The notes below the pieces were generated by a model. The model was not told where the DNA came from. It saw only the letters and a program-made list of their open reading frames with translations, and did not search any database. From the NCBI RefSeq assembly GCF_009834535.1, contig NC_045698.1:1614001-1678000 (forward strand): a stretch of DNA of 64,000 bases, written 5' to 3'. A program made the translations under genes and the position numbers. Each line of letters begins with the position of its first letter. Within the stretch, counting starts at the first letter, position 1. Positions 47,940 to 61,519 of the stretch are shown here, piece after piece. This DNA comes from Camelus ferus (Eukaryota).

Positions 47940-48140
47940 TTATGACGCCAGGCATTTTGCAAACAATCCCGTATAATCCACCAGCACTCCTTCAGTCCTT
48001 CGAGGTGGAAACCACTCTTCTCCGTGCACAGACCAGTGAGCTAAAGGGAGCGTCAGAAACGTGCCCAGGGTCACCACACCGCTAGACCGTCACGCCCACA
48101 GCGCTCTGTAACTTTGAGCGACTCTGCGCAGCACCTGCGC
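47940..48140 (-). mobile_element. MIR remnant
   Basis: tatgacgccaggcattttgc...gaggtggaaaccact...acgtgcccagggtcacc. Confidence 0.4.
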
Positions 48141-48299
48141 ACAGACTAGGGGGCACACTAGGGGCCCTGACTCATCCTGGTTAAATCCAGGTGGTAGAGC
48201 CTGGCAAATCTGTGCCAAGCCCAGAGAACCAATGAAATCCTGGAAGTGGGCTAGCGCTGCGTGTCCAGTTATCCGCTGCTGGGCAACAAAGGACCCGGT

Positions 48300-50260
48300 T
48301 TAGCAGGTGACAACAACCACTGGTTTATACCGCGGGGCACCGCGCCAGGGCCAGGAGCTCGGGCGGGGCTCAGCCCGTTCCATGCGATGCGGGCTGAGGC
48401 CGGCGGCGCTCGCCTGAAAGACCTGGGGGGCCCAAGGTAGCCAGCCTCACACACCTGGAATCCGCGCGGGGGCCGCTGGAAGGCTGCGCGCGGCCGAGAC
48501 CGTCCCCTGAGTCTTACTCAGGGGCTCTGGCAAGACAGCCTCCAGCTATTCCAGCTGCTTCTGCGGTGGCTCAAAGCCACCCTAGAGAGTGCTCCGTGAT
48601 GATACGGAGGCCGGGGAGCTTCTGCCACATTCGATGGGTCACTAAACCTGCCCGTCACCCAGGGGAGGGGACGAGACGGGGCATCTCGAATCTGCCGCGA
48701 CGAGCACCAGCGCCCTCCCGCAATGTGTCCAGTCAAGCCCCGCCTTCGGAGTTCGCGGTGACACGGACACCAGCCTTCGCACCACCCCCGTCATCCGCAT
48801 CCACCTTCCGCCCAATCGCTCGTCCTTCCACACAGCAGTCTTTGTGCGTCTGGTCTCCTCTCTACAAAGTGCCTCACGGGGCATAATTAGGTCATTATAC
48901 TCGCTCCCCTGACGTAAGTTACTTGGAAAGCCTTCTGCCTTGGAAGGAGTTCATCTCCTTGGAACCCAGGTTGAATTTCTATCTCAGTGACTTGAAGACC
49001 ACCCACTCGCCATGCTCGCGCATCTATACCCCTTTGTTTCCCATATGAAGCAGAACAAAGCAAAGTGTCTTGACAGCCAGCCTGAAATGAAGCACAGCCT
49101 CCCGCGGGGGATAATGTGTGGCGCGCGGCCAACGCGCCCCGGCCGGCGGCGGCTGCAGCGGGTGGGTTGGGGCCTGCAGCCCCGGGGCGGGGCCGGCTGT
49201 GCGGGGAGAGGCCGCTCTCCCTCCGCTAAACCGCCGCGACCGCGCCCGAGCAGTCGGTTTTGTGAGTCTGCGTAGGTCGCTGCTAACAGGTGCTTGCGGG
49301 CCTTCCCTCTGCTCCTTCTGCCTGATCCCTTGGTGGACCCGCGTCTCCTGTAGCCGCATCACCAGGCCGTAGTTAAACAGCGCCAGGCCCGCCGGCCTGT
49401 CCCTCCGGCACGGGGTCCCCCGAGAGCCCGCCCTCGGGGTTGCCCGGTGGAAGCGCGGCGCCGGCGCGCAGGCGTTCCCGATTACGCGGGCCCTTCCTTG
49501 TTGTATCACTTTGCCAGTCAAAGTTCCTCTCTTACTTGCCTTCCAAACGAATCGTATTTCCCAGATTACTGAGCCCCCAGGACTCCGAAACACGAGTCGT
49601 GGAGTCCAAGGGGACATGCATCCTCTGGGGAGAGCTCGCTCGGACACGCAGTCTGGGTCCTCCCCGACCCCGCGCGCACCCTGCGCTCGGCCCGGCCCCG
49701 TATGACTCGCGTCCACGAAGCCACTAACGTCACCCCCTTAGAATGGCGGGGGCTGGAGAAAGGAAAGGACCAGCCACTCCCAAACGCCCCCTGGGGGCGG
49801 GCCTCGGTTGAGACGTGGTCACCGGCCGCCGGGTCCCACGTGTGCTCCTGGGAGGGCTGTGCCCTCTCCGGGGTGCTCGGCCTCCCCCTCTACTGAGACT
49901 CACCTCTCCCACCGAGGTTCGCGCTTCAAGGCAGCTCACCGCCTGCCTCCCGAGCAGCCTGAGGGCGCCTCCCCCGGGGGCCCACTGTTACCTGAAGCGC
50001 TCACCCAGTAATCTGCCAAAAACCACCACTAATTTGAACTGTGATTCAAAGTGTGCCATGTGACCTCTCAGTGGTCAGAACTATCATGGCGTTAGGTGAG
50101 GACAAGTGACTGCAAACGTAAATGAGATGTAAGTCTGCCTAGCTACGGAAACTGTGGCTCGCAGCCGCGGGCGTGGGCTGTGCGGCCGCGCTCGCAGTCC
50201 GGCCGCGCTCGCAGTCCGGCCTGCCCGACTCCGCTGCGGCTCTCACGGCAGTCTTGCCCG
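48300..50260. promoter_or_regulatory. CpG island (densest at about 49100-49950) with no identifiable gene
   Basis: Very dense CpG; GC box GGGGCGGGGC 49184-49193; CRE-like TGACGTAA 48910-48917; no recognisable repeat in the core. Confidence 0.6.
50183..50221. repeat. Perfect 17-bp tandem duplication (CGGCCGCGCTCGCAGTC) x2.3
   Basis: Read directly. Confidence 0.9.
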
Positions 50261-51498
50261 GAGGCAGGTGTGCAGTTCTCTCAGTTTCCTTCCAGTCTTA
50301 GCCTTAAACATGGAAAACGGGCGCTTTCCTTCCCTGTTACCAGCACACTGTGTTCCTCACGAAACTTTGCAAGATCGCCCTGAAAGGTTTTGGCAGTTAG
50401 AGGTTTTCCTCTGAAGCCGAGACTCCTTATCTTACTTGGGTGACATGCCACATGACTTCCGTCACTTTGTGTTCTTCTTTCTTTAGGATAGAGCGGAAAA
50501 CATTGTTACCTCCATCAAATAGTTTTAAGTGAATTCCAAGTATTGTAAGAGTTAACGTATTCTGCATAAAGACAATCGAAATCTGCCTCCATTTTAAAAA
50601 ATAATTAACTCAAATAACTTTTATTGCTAATAACAGAGACCAAATCAGGTTAGATTAAGACAAAATGAATAATTTGTTGTAAAGAATCAGGGTGGCCTGG
50701 GAACTTCACAGACGTAAGCCCAGACCAGCAGCCGGAAGGGAGGTGTGAGCTCTCAGCTGGTCCCTGCATGGATGTGTGTCATCCGGGTCACTGTCCTTCC
50801 TCCTACCTGTGGCCCAGCCACCTCTGCACATTCGCACATGGGGAATGATGGCCAGGTTGCAGCTGCCTCAGTCCACAACCTTGTCCCCTCCTTTCAGGGG
50901 GACAGTCCACACATCTCTGAATCTTTTTGTCCCAAACCCATATTCCTGGAATGTGAAGGAGGGGGCTTGAGTCAGGTTTCCAGTGTGATCCAGAGTCAGG
51001 GACCCTGCAGCAGGCACTGTGGGCTGGCCCAGTCCCTACTTCTCCTGACCACCCCGCCTCCACATGTCAGAGGGAGAGAAGAGGGGTCAGTTTTGGAGCC
51101 CCCTGGCAGCTAAGGCAGACACACGGCTCAGCCGATGAAACACAAGTCTACAGGGAGGTGGGGGCCTTTGATGACACAGCAACCCCCTTCCCGCTCCCTC
51201 CTCCTTCCTGCTTGGAGCATGCTCGAAGCTGCAGCAGCCATGCTGTGACCAGGAGGCAGCAAAGAGGACCGAAGCCAGCAGGTAACTCACACAGATCACA
51301 CCTGACAGGCCCATCCTAACGCGTGCACCTGGAGAAGAGGAGAAAGGGGGCCTCGGGCCCTGAAATGCTGGTGAAATCCAACAGCCAGTTCTCTGGGGAT
51401 AATACCTGGTTTCGAGTGTTTGCCGTTTTCTGTGATATAAATGCTCCCAGCCAGTTCAAAGCAGCTGATGGTTTACAAAATGCATAAAAAGGTTACAG

Positions 51499-51970
51499 CA
51501 AAGAAGATGGGGTATATTTATACAATGGAATACTATTCAGCCATAAAAACCGACAACATAACACCATTTGCAGCAACATGGATGCTCCTGGAGAATATCA
51601 TTCTAAGTGAAGTAAGCCAGAAAGAGGAAGAAAAATACCATATGAGATCGCTCATAAGCAGAAGCTAAAAAAATTAATAAATAAAAAAAATAAATAAATA
51701 CAAAACAGAAACAGACTCATAGACATAGAATACAAACTTGTGGTTGCTAGGGGGGCGGGGGGTGGGAAGGGACTGGGAGTTCAAAATGTAGAATAGATAA
51801 ACAAGATTGCACTGTGTAGCACAGGGAAATATATACAGGATATTGTGGTAGCTCACAGTGAAACAGAATGTGACAATGAATGTATGTATAACTGAAAAAT
51901 TGTGCTCTACCCTGGAATTTGACACAACGTTGTAAAATGACTATAACTCAATAAAAAAAAAAAGTTAAAA
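51499..51970 (+). mobile_element. Relatively young camelid-type L1 3' end
   Basis: ORF2 C-terminus YIYTMEYYSAIK...PFAATWMLLENIILSEVSQKEEEKYHM, then 3'UTR, AATAAA and an A tail. Confidence 0.95.
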
Positions 51971-54299
51971 ATATACATTAAAATACCCTGAGCCTTCTAA
52001 ATGACTGTATGAATGACCAAAAATTTTATTATAGTTTAAGAGGTCATACCACAGCCATATGTCCATTTAATGCTTTATTTGTAGAGTAGTAAAACAGAGA
52101 CTCTTGGAAAATGTCTAATTATAATGGGAACTTGTTTGCAATTTCTTATAAACATTTTTTTCTTCTCATAGAAACTGAAAACATTTATAAATGTTGATTA
52201 CTTTCTTGAAGTGTGGTACTCTAGGCTCTGACAAAATTATATTTGCCAAGAAATAATATATAATACATTCATATGTTGCAACCAAACAGAAGAACATAAA
52301 AAGTTTGTAAAAGTCCCTTGAACGTTCCTTCTTTATTTTCAAAGAATATATCCTTGTTGGTTAATGTTTCATTAGAGAATAAAAATTAAATGAATGAATG
52401 TTGTTTGTCAAAAAAAAATAAACTATTTTGCTTTGCAAAAAAAAAAAAAGGTTACAACAGCATCTTGCCAGCTGGTAGGTGCCAGTTCTCATACTGCCGA
52501 CACCTCATGTGTCTCAATAGGAAAAAGTTATCAATCAAGTCAACACTCTTGATAACAAAGGAAAACAAAAGAGGGTTTGTCCTGCTGCTGCGTCAATACA
52601 CCTTCACAGCCAGTGGAACCACAGCCTGGTGGCTCCGTGGAGCTTGGCTGAGGCCCCCCCGCCTGCCTGCACTCCTGCTGTGGTCTGTCTTCACCCATGA
52701 ATATCCCAGCATGCATTTCTAAACCTGAGACACACCCGTCCAAGTCACCCTGCCACCATCCTTCAGGTGGGCGTGGCCCGCCCTTGAGAAACTGAGGCCT
52801 GGGAGAGGCCCGCATGGGCCACAGAAGGGGCTCAGAGCTCTCTGGGCAGGAATTCAAGGATCCCTTGACTCCTGGGGGCAGCTTTTCACACAAGGGGCCG
52901 CACAGAGGAGTTGGGCAGGAGGGGCCCCCCATTGCCAAGGCCCCTTTTGCCCAGGTGTTAGGTGAGTGTTGGAGGCTGGGCTCCTGAACACAGCCTGGAC
53001 CCGCCCTGGGAGACGCATAAGCCCTACTTATTGAACCCACTCTGAGGCAAGTCATCAGTAATTTTCAGCCAATATATCCTCACAGATCTGCCAATGAAGA
53101 AAAAAAAAAAAAAAAAAAGAGCAGAGCAGAAATAATCATGAAGGAAACACTAGAAGAAAACTACTATCATATCATTGTGAGCAACCGGCCACAGTTCCCG
53201 GATTTGGGGAGCATTCTAGTCACTAAGGTATGAATAATGACTGGTGTGTATTTGGTGATTTCCTGGTAATTCTTTTAGGTGATGAAGGCACAGAGAAACT
53301 GCACTCATTTTCCCTGGAAGAAAAATAAGATACTGTGTATTATCATTTTCTAAAGGGACGGAAATGACCTTGCCTCAGACTTTTTATCTGTAACATGGAT
53401 GCCAGAAGGAAATATAGCAAAACTTCCAATCTGGGGGCTAAAAGCATAGTTTCAAAGAGTCTGATCACACCCCCAAAAGGGTTCAAGTTTCTGTTAAACA
53501 CACGTGAGCTCAATAATGCCAGGTTTCAGGCCATGTACCACAGCTGTGCCCACCCCAAACCCTTACATGGAGACGTCCCTGGAGTCGAGGTGCAGAGAGA
53601 TTTCTTCATAACAGTAACTTGAAAAAAGAGAGGAGGTATCAGGAGAAAAGACTGGTGGTCAGCGATACCTCCGGTGGGACGGATTAAAGTGCAGTCATTC
53701 TTATATCCGCTATAAAATAACGAAATATTCCAAGCCAATCTTGCAAAATCAGACTGCTTACATAAAGTGTTAAAACTGCAATAATTCTGTAATACTAGCA
53801 GGTTCTGAAGTACATTTTCCAGAACGGGTGGAAAAACAGAAATGGGGGGTGTGACCTCCCGCTGGGAGCACACAGCACACAACAGACACTCGTGACGCTG
53901 GTGGGTAGAGGAAGTGCCATCGCCCCCTTTCTAATCAGAAAAGAATCACGTGGACTTTGGAAATAAAAAGATGCTGTCCCTGTGAGCTGACCGAGGAAAG
54001 AGGTTGCTGACGGGTTTGAGTCTAGTTCGTGTGAGCTGGGCCAGGGCGGGAGTTTTCAAGCACGTGGTTTCTGGATGTGTCCTTGGGGCCTGGAACAGCG
54101 CCTGCGCAGAGGAAGTGCATCATGGTGGCTGTTAAGTAAATCACGGTTCTCAAGGGAACCACTGAGAATTGGCCTGATGTCCCAACATCACCAGGGAGGG
54201 ATGAGCCCTGGCAGGTAAACTGGCCAGATGGGGAACCCGGGTCTGGATCCCAGGTCTTCAGGGGCATGGTCACCTTGCAGGTCAAGATCTCACTTCTCA

Positions 54300-54427
54300 G
54301 GAGAGGGTATTGCTCAGAGGTGGAGCACAGGCTTAGGGTGCACAAGGTCCTGGGTTCAATGCCCCGAACCTCCATTAAAAAGATAAGTGAAAAAATATCT
54401 TACTTACCTCCTCCCCCCACAAAAAAT
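54300..54427 (+). mobile_element. Camelid tRNA-derived SINE (Vic-1 type)
   Basis: ggagagggtattgctcagaggtggagcac...gcacaaggtcctgggttcaatgcccc...cctccattaaaaa...ttacctcctcccccc; homologous to 27608-27726. Confidence 0.85.
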
Positions 54428-55407
54428 ATTTGTCCAATGATTGCACAAATAAATGAATTTTTTTAAAGGTTAAATTTATTTTTAAAAAGTCACCTCTCTC
54501 CCAACCTGAGATCAGTGGCAGAAATCCCCGGATCAGATTCTGTCAGTGGATTTATCAGCGGGACATGTGGGTATTGAGTGACACATGCTGACATCAGCTC
54601 TTCTGCAGCCCCAAATAGCTAGCTGGAAAGTGGGGGCTTTCCTGGGTCCCCCTAAGCACAGTGACCAACCACATCAGTGTTCACTTCCAGCCCAATGTGC
54701 AAAAACACCAAAGTCTCACTGAGCTCTGGAACAGCCAAGAGGAATCCACGCCCCCAGATTACTTGGGACATCAGCCTAGGGCACCTGTTTCATTCCACGG
54801 TGACTGTCCGCGAGCAGACACAGCTGATACTGACGGTGATTCCATGCCCTCCAGAAGCAGGTTATAGTCTCCTAGTTTCTTAGACCACCTGATTTTCTGT
54901 GCCTGTGAATCCCTAAGTAACAGGGGAAATTATTCAGCAAGCATTTTAAGCTTTTAAACGTGGAGTCTTTCATTCTTTGAGAATTTGAAAGATTTTAATT
55001 ATTTTCTGAATCTCAGCTATCCAAAGTATGATGATTTTCAGCAACTCAGAGAATTAGTTAGGTGCCATTCATACCTGCTGTCGGTTTTAAGAAGTGTAAA
55101 GGACGCTGATTTCCAGATGGATGTGAGCTCTCCAACTGAACTCCAGCTGAGGCAGTGACACGGGGTCGAGAGGGAAGCGCAGACCAGTATTCGCCAGGAG
55201 CTGTGCCCAGTGTGGTTTTCTGCACATCAGGCCCACAGACCCAAAAACTCAGGAGCAAGGAGCTTGCTCAGGGCAACTGGTCAGGACCCACACTGAAATT
55301 TCGGCTCTGACCAGTCTGAATTTTGCTCTACGTCAGGCCAAGTATTCAAAATTCAAAAGTGTTTCTCTTTAGTTCAAGATCAGAAACGTTACTGCTGGAA
55401 GCTAACA

Positions 55408-55492
55408 TTTTTTTTAAATGCAGGTGCTGAGGACTGAAGCCAGGCCCTCGTGCCTGCTGGGGACGTGCTCTACCACTGAGCTGCGCCCTCCT
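55408..55492 (-). mobile_element. Camelid tRNA-derived SINE (short form)
   Basis: Reverse complement ggagggcgcagctcagtggtagagcacg...gcacgagggcctggcttcagtcctcagcacctgcatttaaaaaaaa. Confidence 0.8.
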
Positions 55493-55640
55493 TTTTTAAA
55501 CCACATTTTGTTTTATTGGAAAAACAGTGCAAGGGATGGAAGTGTTTGTAAATACATACTTCAAAGGCACTGATCCACTTGTAAACAAATGTAAATTTGC
55601 ATGAATTTTTCAGTCTTCATTTAAAAAAGAAGAAACCTTG

Positions 55641-55722
55641 TTGTGTATGCATGACTGGGACACTGTGCTGTACCCCAGAGATTGATGCATTGTGACTGAC
55701 TGGACTTCAATTAAAAAAAAAA
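55641..55722 (+). mobile_element. Very short camelid-type L1 3' tail insertion
   Basis: tgtatgcatgactgggacactgtgctgtaccccagagattga...ctgactggacttcaattaaaaaaa; flanks aagaagaaaccttg and aagaagaaaaactta resemble a TSD. Confidence 0.75.
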
Positions 55723-57400
55723 GAAGAAGAAAACTTATGGCTTAAAATCACCTTAAGTGATCAGCCCTGCCGTCCATCCTTGGACATAAACTATGACAAG
55801 GAATGAGCCGGGTGTCTGGGGGCACGTCGTTAATCTGTGCCGTGAAGCAGGTGGTTATTAAATGATCACCTCATGGTACTAACCCAAGGTCATGAAGCCG
55901 GGCATGAAGGGCAGAAAACTGAGAATTCTGCCCAGACCAGAGTATTAGCGTGCAATTTCAAATCATCTCTGCCAATCCATCCTCAGGCGGCTCTGCACAG
56001 CAGGAAGGAAGGGCTGACAGACCCTCTCACCAGCGTCGCAGCATCACCTGGCGCGATGTGGCTGAGCTACCCCCACCACCCCGGGTCAGAACTGCCCTCT
56101 TGCGGGAAGCACGGATTGCTGGAAAGAAAAGATGCGTTTCCTAAACTGTCTTGATTGGAATCTGCCTCCTTATGACTTCCCAGCTTTGGCTTTTCCTACA
56201 ATATCAAAGGATAGGTTGGACCCGTGTTTTCCTGACACGCCTTCTATTTCACTACCTAGCCTCCTCCAGGCTGGCGAGGTGCAGGGACTCCACGTGCCCC
56301 TCCCCCCACGCACACCCACAAGAGAAGTGCATGGGAAGCAGGCACTCCGCCCCCACAGAGGAGTCGAAATCGTCCTTAACGTCTCCGTGATGCCAGCATC
56401 ATATCTCTGATTTCTATTGCTTTGCAGAATACTTCAGACTTACTCAAAGGATCCTGGGACGTTTTTCTATGAGAACTTCTTCTAAGATCGGAATCTCCCT
56501 TTTCAATTCTTCCACCCAGCACCAGCCAGGGGTGCTGAACCCAGAGATGTGACAGGTCTGTCCCACTGCTCGCCAAGCCCGGGCGCAATGGGCTGTTCTC
56601 TGCTCACCGCACCTCGATCTTTGCAACACACCTGGCATCCCCGGGACCATCTCTACTTTTCTGAGTAAAGAACCTGCCTCCAAGTCCTCCAGGGACCCTT
56701 GCTGAGCCAGGGGCGGCTACGAGGACACAGACCGAGTTTTCTCCTCATCAGCTCTACCTCCGGGGCGCAGGATCTGGTGCAGCCAACACGTGGCCGTGGT
56801 GGGTGGACTTACTGAAAACCCACGTGGACCCCAGAGCTGGGTCCAGCTATTAGCACTGACAGCTCTGGCTCCTCTGACCCTTAGGACAAACCTGCCACAG
56901 TGGGTTCCAGCATCATCCCGGTTCCAGAGGGAGACTGAGGCAGCAAGAGGTCCCAGCCTGGTCCAAGGTCCTGCAGCCTTTCGTCAGTGGCACTTGGGCA
57001 GCCTGGCTCCAGCATCTGTGTCCCTGACCGCTCAGGCAGCCGCTCACTGCCGATGCCCTGAGCTCCCCGGTAAGCATCCCTGGATCACAACACCTGAGCC
57101 AGAGCCTGCCCCGTCTGCGTGCTTCAGCCCAGGGTGGGCCTGAACGGGGAGACCCGCTGCGTGTGTGTGTTTCCTGTGCTCAGCAGACTGTTTCCTTACT
57201 GCAGGGAAAAGTCGTCCCTGTGAGAACCAGGGACCTTTTGGTGATGACCTCCCCCCATTCTGCCTGTAAATGCCACTAACCAGATTTGATCCCGTTTTAT
57301 AATAATTCCCCTGCTTTTCTGAGTGATCAACACTGAAAAGAGATCCAATCAGAATGAAGTGCAGTGTTGCAGCCAAAACGCATCATTAACTCTAAGACTT

Positions 57401-57414
57401 TCGCCCCCTGCTAG
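57401..57414 (-). promoter_or_regulatory. Candidate CTCF site
   Basis: Minus strand CTAGCAGGGGGCGA matches CCASYAGRKGGCRS at 12 of 14 positions. Confidence 0.35.
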
Positions 57415-59791
57415 AGTGGCACCTGCATTCCCTGGGAAGTGAGCAGGGCGGCCGGACGATGCTACCACCCCCAAAAGGCGAGGCCACCCCGAGAAGTAGC
57501 GGCGCACGCCTGCCGTGTGCTGGGGGCCCCAAGGCCCAACAACACAGCGCTTAGCGAGAAACGGTTCACAAGTGTCAGTGTTTGTATTTATTTATTCCAC
57601 ACTTTTTCCATAAAAGGATACAAGGCAGCTAATAACCCCAGTGTTTGGATGTGTTAAAATGGGAACACTGGATTTTTCCTTTAGGAACATGACCTACCTA
57701 ATCTTTATATTTTTATGAATCTAACTTCAGAGAACATCAAGGAAGTCATTTCTAAAACATGACTATGGTAATGTAATTTTTAGACGAAAGCTGAAGGATG
57801 AAAGATTATAGGATGGAAGGCAGGGTTGAGATTTTAAAGCAATTGATTTCCATTTAAATTCTGGAATGAACTTTCATTTCTTCAGAGACTAAATGAGAGC
57901 AACAGTGTTGAAAGCAGCCAGTCCCAGTGACAGGCAGAGGCCGCAGGTCCGCGGGCGGCACAGCCCTGGCAGCCTGCCGGGGTTTCCGTGTCGCCGTGTT
58001 TTCCTGGGCGCGACCTAGCTCTTTGTGCTCGTACTTTGCAGGCAAAGGTAAACCTTTTATTTGAGGGAAAACTGCCGTACTTGGCCCCATTCTCTTCATT
58101 GCCACGATCTTCCTCCAGCCACAAAAACAACAGATTTGAGCCAAAAAGCAATTTGTTTTGAGGCAAATAGCACCATAAAGTTTGCAACTTATATGAAGTT
58201 GAGGCGTGCCAAAAATCTCAGTGCACTATATTGACCAATTTTTTAACATCATTGCATGTTTTTCTGGATGCATTTCTATGATCAGAGAAACACAAATTAT
58301 GTTTATTTATGAGTATGATACAGTCAAGCTCATTTTGGAAAGTTTTAAAGGAAACATTTATCATCTTAGCAAAATCACAAAAGCATTTCCCATAGTAGGG
58401 GGGACGTCCATTTATCAACTAAGATTTATCAAATTAATGGCTTTCCTGCGGTGATACCTTGGTCCCCAGTGAAATGAGTTTTAGAATTGAAACCTGCAGA
58501 GGACTTGCTGAGCTTGTCCTGAATGTAATTGTGCTCATGCTCCAGACACGCTCCACTCCCTCATTCTTTCACTTCTTCCAAAGCTTTCTTGAGAGAGTAG
58601 CATGTGTGTCCGTGGTCGTCACTCTGACTGCCCGCATCCGCAGTGCCTTTTGGGGGACTTTCCTTAGGCTTTTGAAGCCTCTCTGCCCAAATGACCAGAC
58701 CCAGCACAGCCTGAGTTGCCCCCGCCCGTCCGCCACGCTGGGGAGCCCTCTGTCCGTGGTGCTGACACTGGGGGGTGGGGGAAAGCTGGGCTCCGTGCTG
58801 AGCTGGGGGGGCTTGGGAGCAGGGCTTCCCCCCAGAGCTGCCTGTGGGATCAGGCCAAGGTTGGGGCTTCCTCTGACTTGCATCCTTTCTTGTGTGAAGT
58901 CTTCCTGCACCCCTACACCCCGGGAGTCATTCCTTAATCATCACTGTGGGCAAATCCTCCTCTCAGAGTGTTTGGGGGAAGCCTGACCTAAAAATCAGTC
59001 TGGATGACAGATGGTAGAAACTCGAAATAAAAATTTCTCCCCATGGTTAAAAATTGTAACCTGGTTTTTCACTGATTTGATACATTCTTAAGATTATAAG
59101 TGATAAAGTAAATTGTAAGAATCTTAATGAATTCAAACTTCTGTAACGATTTGATGTGCAGCTGTCACAGTTCCACCATTAGGGTTGCCCATGGTCGGAT
59201 TAGAGGAACTCATTATCTGGACTGGAGTCCGGGCGTCTCGGGGAAATGATGCAGTCGGGGCGCAGGGCTGAAGCTGGTGCCCTGCTCGGCTCCTAAGGAG
59301 CCCTGCTGAATGTAAGAGGCCCGGAGGCTTGTGGAGATTACAGAGGGGAGACTGGCTCTGCCACCCCAAGCATCTTCCCACCACTGCGGAGGAAAAACTG
59401 ATAGGAGACGCTAGCTACGTTGACCTAAGGATTCAAATTCTCAGAAGAAAAGGAACGAAATCCTCCAAAGAGGAAAAATTCAACCGACTTAGGTGTGCGA
59501 GGTCATTGATCCTAACTCCCGGTTCCAGCAAGCTGCACTTCCCCCTTCTGGCCACAAGCCGCCCGAGTCCCAGCAAGGGTCCCTTGTCCACCCCGGGGAA
59601 TTAACTCCCCTGAAGTCTCCTTACTGCCTTCAGCGAATGCTGCCTGCAGTCTGGGACCAAACGCAGCCACGACCTCACAGGAGCGCAGAGGGTGAAGGGC
59701 GAGGGAACGCAGGGGCCACCCGCCGCTCTGCTTCAGCCATTTCAGGGAGAGGGGCCAGCTTTGCTGTTGTTCTTCAACAGAGGAAAGAATC

Positions 59792-59823
59792 TTTTTTATT
59801 TATTTATTTATTTATTTATTTTT
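59792..59823. repeat. (TTTA)n microsatellite
   Basis: Read directly. Confidence 0.9.
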
Positions 59824-61519
59824 AAACATGGATTGTTGTCAGATCCCGAGGGCTGAGTCTCCCATCTGGGATGACCTCCAGAAGGGACTCCAAAGTCACA
59901 ACTGAAGCCCCTCCTGGAGGGAAGGGCAGCCGTGCTCCCACCTAAATCTTCCTGGGAAAGCAGCTGGGTGTTACTAAGTTCTCGTGGGGGACAGTAAACA
60001 GCGCGCAGCCCTGACCCTCCCGTCCTCAGGGACCTGTATACCTGTGTGGGCGGAGGGCATGACAGCTGTGCCTCCTTGGAAGCACGGTTAGTCATCAGGC
60101 AGCTAGGATGTCCTATCAGACGCTCTCATCATACTCTCACACCCGACTGGCCCTCAAGCACTCCAAGCTCCTTGCCGTTGCACCGCGTATTATTCCCCTG
60201 AACTCGGAGCTGCGCACAGTCCAAAGTGCAGGCTGGGCCACCGTCCACACTGCCCGTCACAGCACACACAGCCTCTCGCTGCGCTTGCTTCTCCGCCCCA
60301 GTAAATTCCAGGTGTTACCCTCGTCCCCAGTCGCAGCTCTAGAAATGCCCGCCGGACCGTGCTCCTCCGTGCTGTAAGCGCGACATGTCCAAAGGCAAAG
60401 CCCAGTCTCCCCTGGAAGCACGGTCCCTCCTGGGACGCCCTCGCTCCCTTGAAGGCGTCACCATCTACCAGATACCAAGCCGGAAGCCAGGAATCACGCC
60501 AGACTCTCGCCCTCCCTCCCCAGGGATGGGGACACACAGTTTTCGTGTGTTTCTTTCATCACGATGGTCTGACCAAGATCATAACAACTAGCAAGACTCC
60601 GAGGGACAACGTCTAAGATCATTCTGCTCGGGGATTCTCACCGCTGACTTGGATGGAAGATTGGAAATACTTTAATTAAGTACATAGATTGTTTAAAATG
60701 AAATAGAAACCAATTGAATAGCTTAAAGAGAGACTAAGAATTTAAGTGATTTGAATAAACAGCACCAACAAATATTGCTCCGAAGGAATAAGCAGTTTGT
60801 TACGGACAAATGAAAGTCTGTACAAAACGGGAAAATGAGCGAAAGAAGCAAGCGTGTGGGGGGTAACATCTCAGGGCAAAAAGGAAGAGAGAAAGTCCTG
60901 AAGGATAGGGCTCATTCACGCCCAGGCGTGTGCCTGCAACTCGGGATTCAAACGGCGAGCACGTGGGCTCAGCTGGGCGCCTGGGCCTCGGCTCCCCTTC
61001 CGGAGAATTGTTGACATTCAAAAGGCAATCTCCGTTTGCTCACACCTGTCCTTCCCAATAAATACCCTGTGCCTTTGAAAAGTATTGACCAAAGCTACTT
61101 AATAACTCAATTTGACTTTATTTGTATCCATCAGGATGAGTTTTGAAAACAAACTTAACACTAATCTTATCTAATAAATACATCGTTACATTTTGGGATG
61201 AAATAAACTTTGCCCTTTTCTCTCACATATGAAGGCAGCATCACGTTAACTCAGCAGCCGGGAGGCCAGTGCCCCGTCCTTTCCTGGGACCAGAGTCTGG
61301 CAGCGACCACACCCTCGTTTACACACAGGACCTCCCCGAAGCCTGGAGCAAGTCTGTGCGTGGGGAAGCGGGCAGGTCTTCAGCTGCGATTAGCAGCGCT
61401 CCGGAACCAGCAGGAAGCTCATCACCCTCACTGGGATCGCAGGTCGACTGCCTTCCCTGTGAGCAAACGAAATGTACCTCCTTTACCAGTGGGCATGTTC
61501 CAAGCCCACATTTTTGTCC

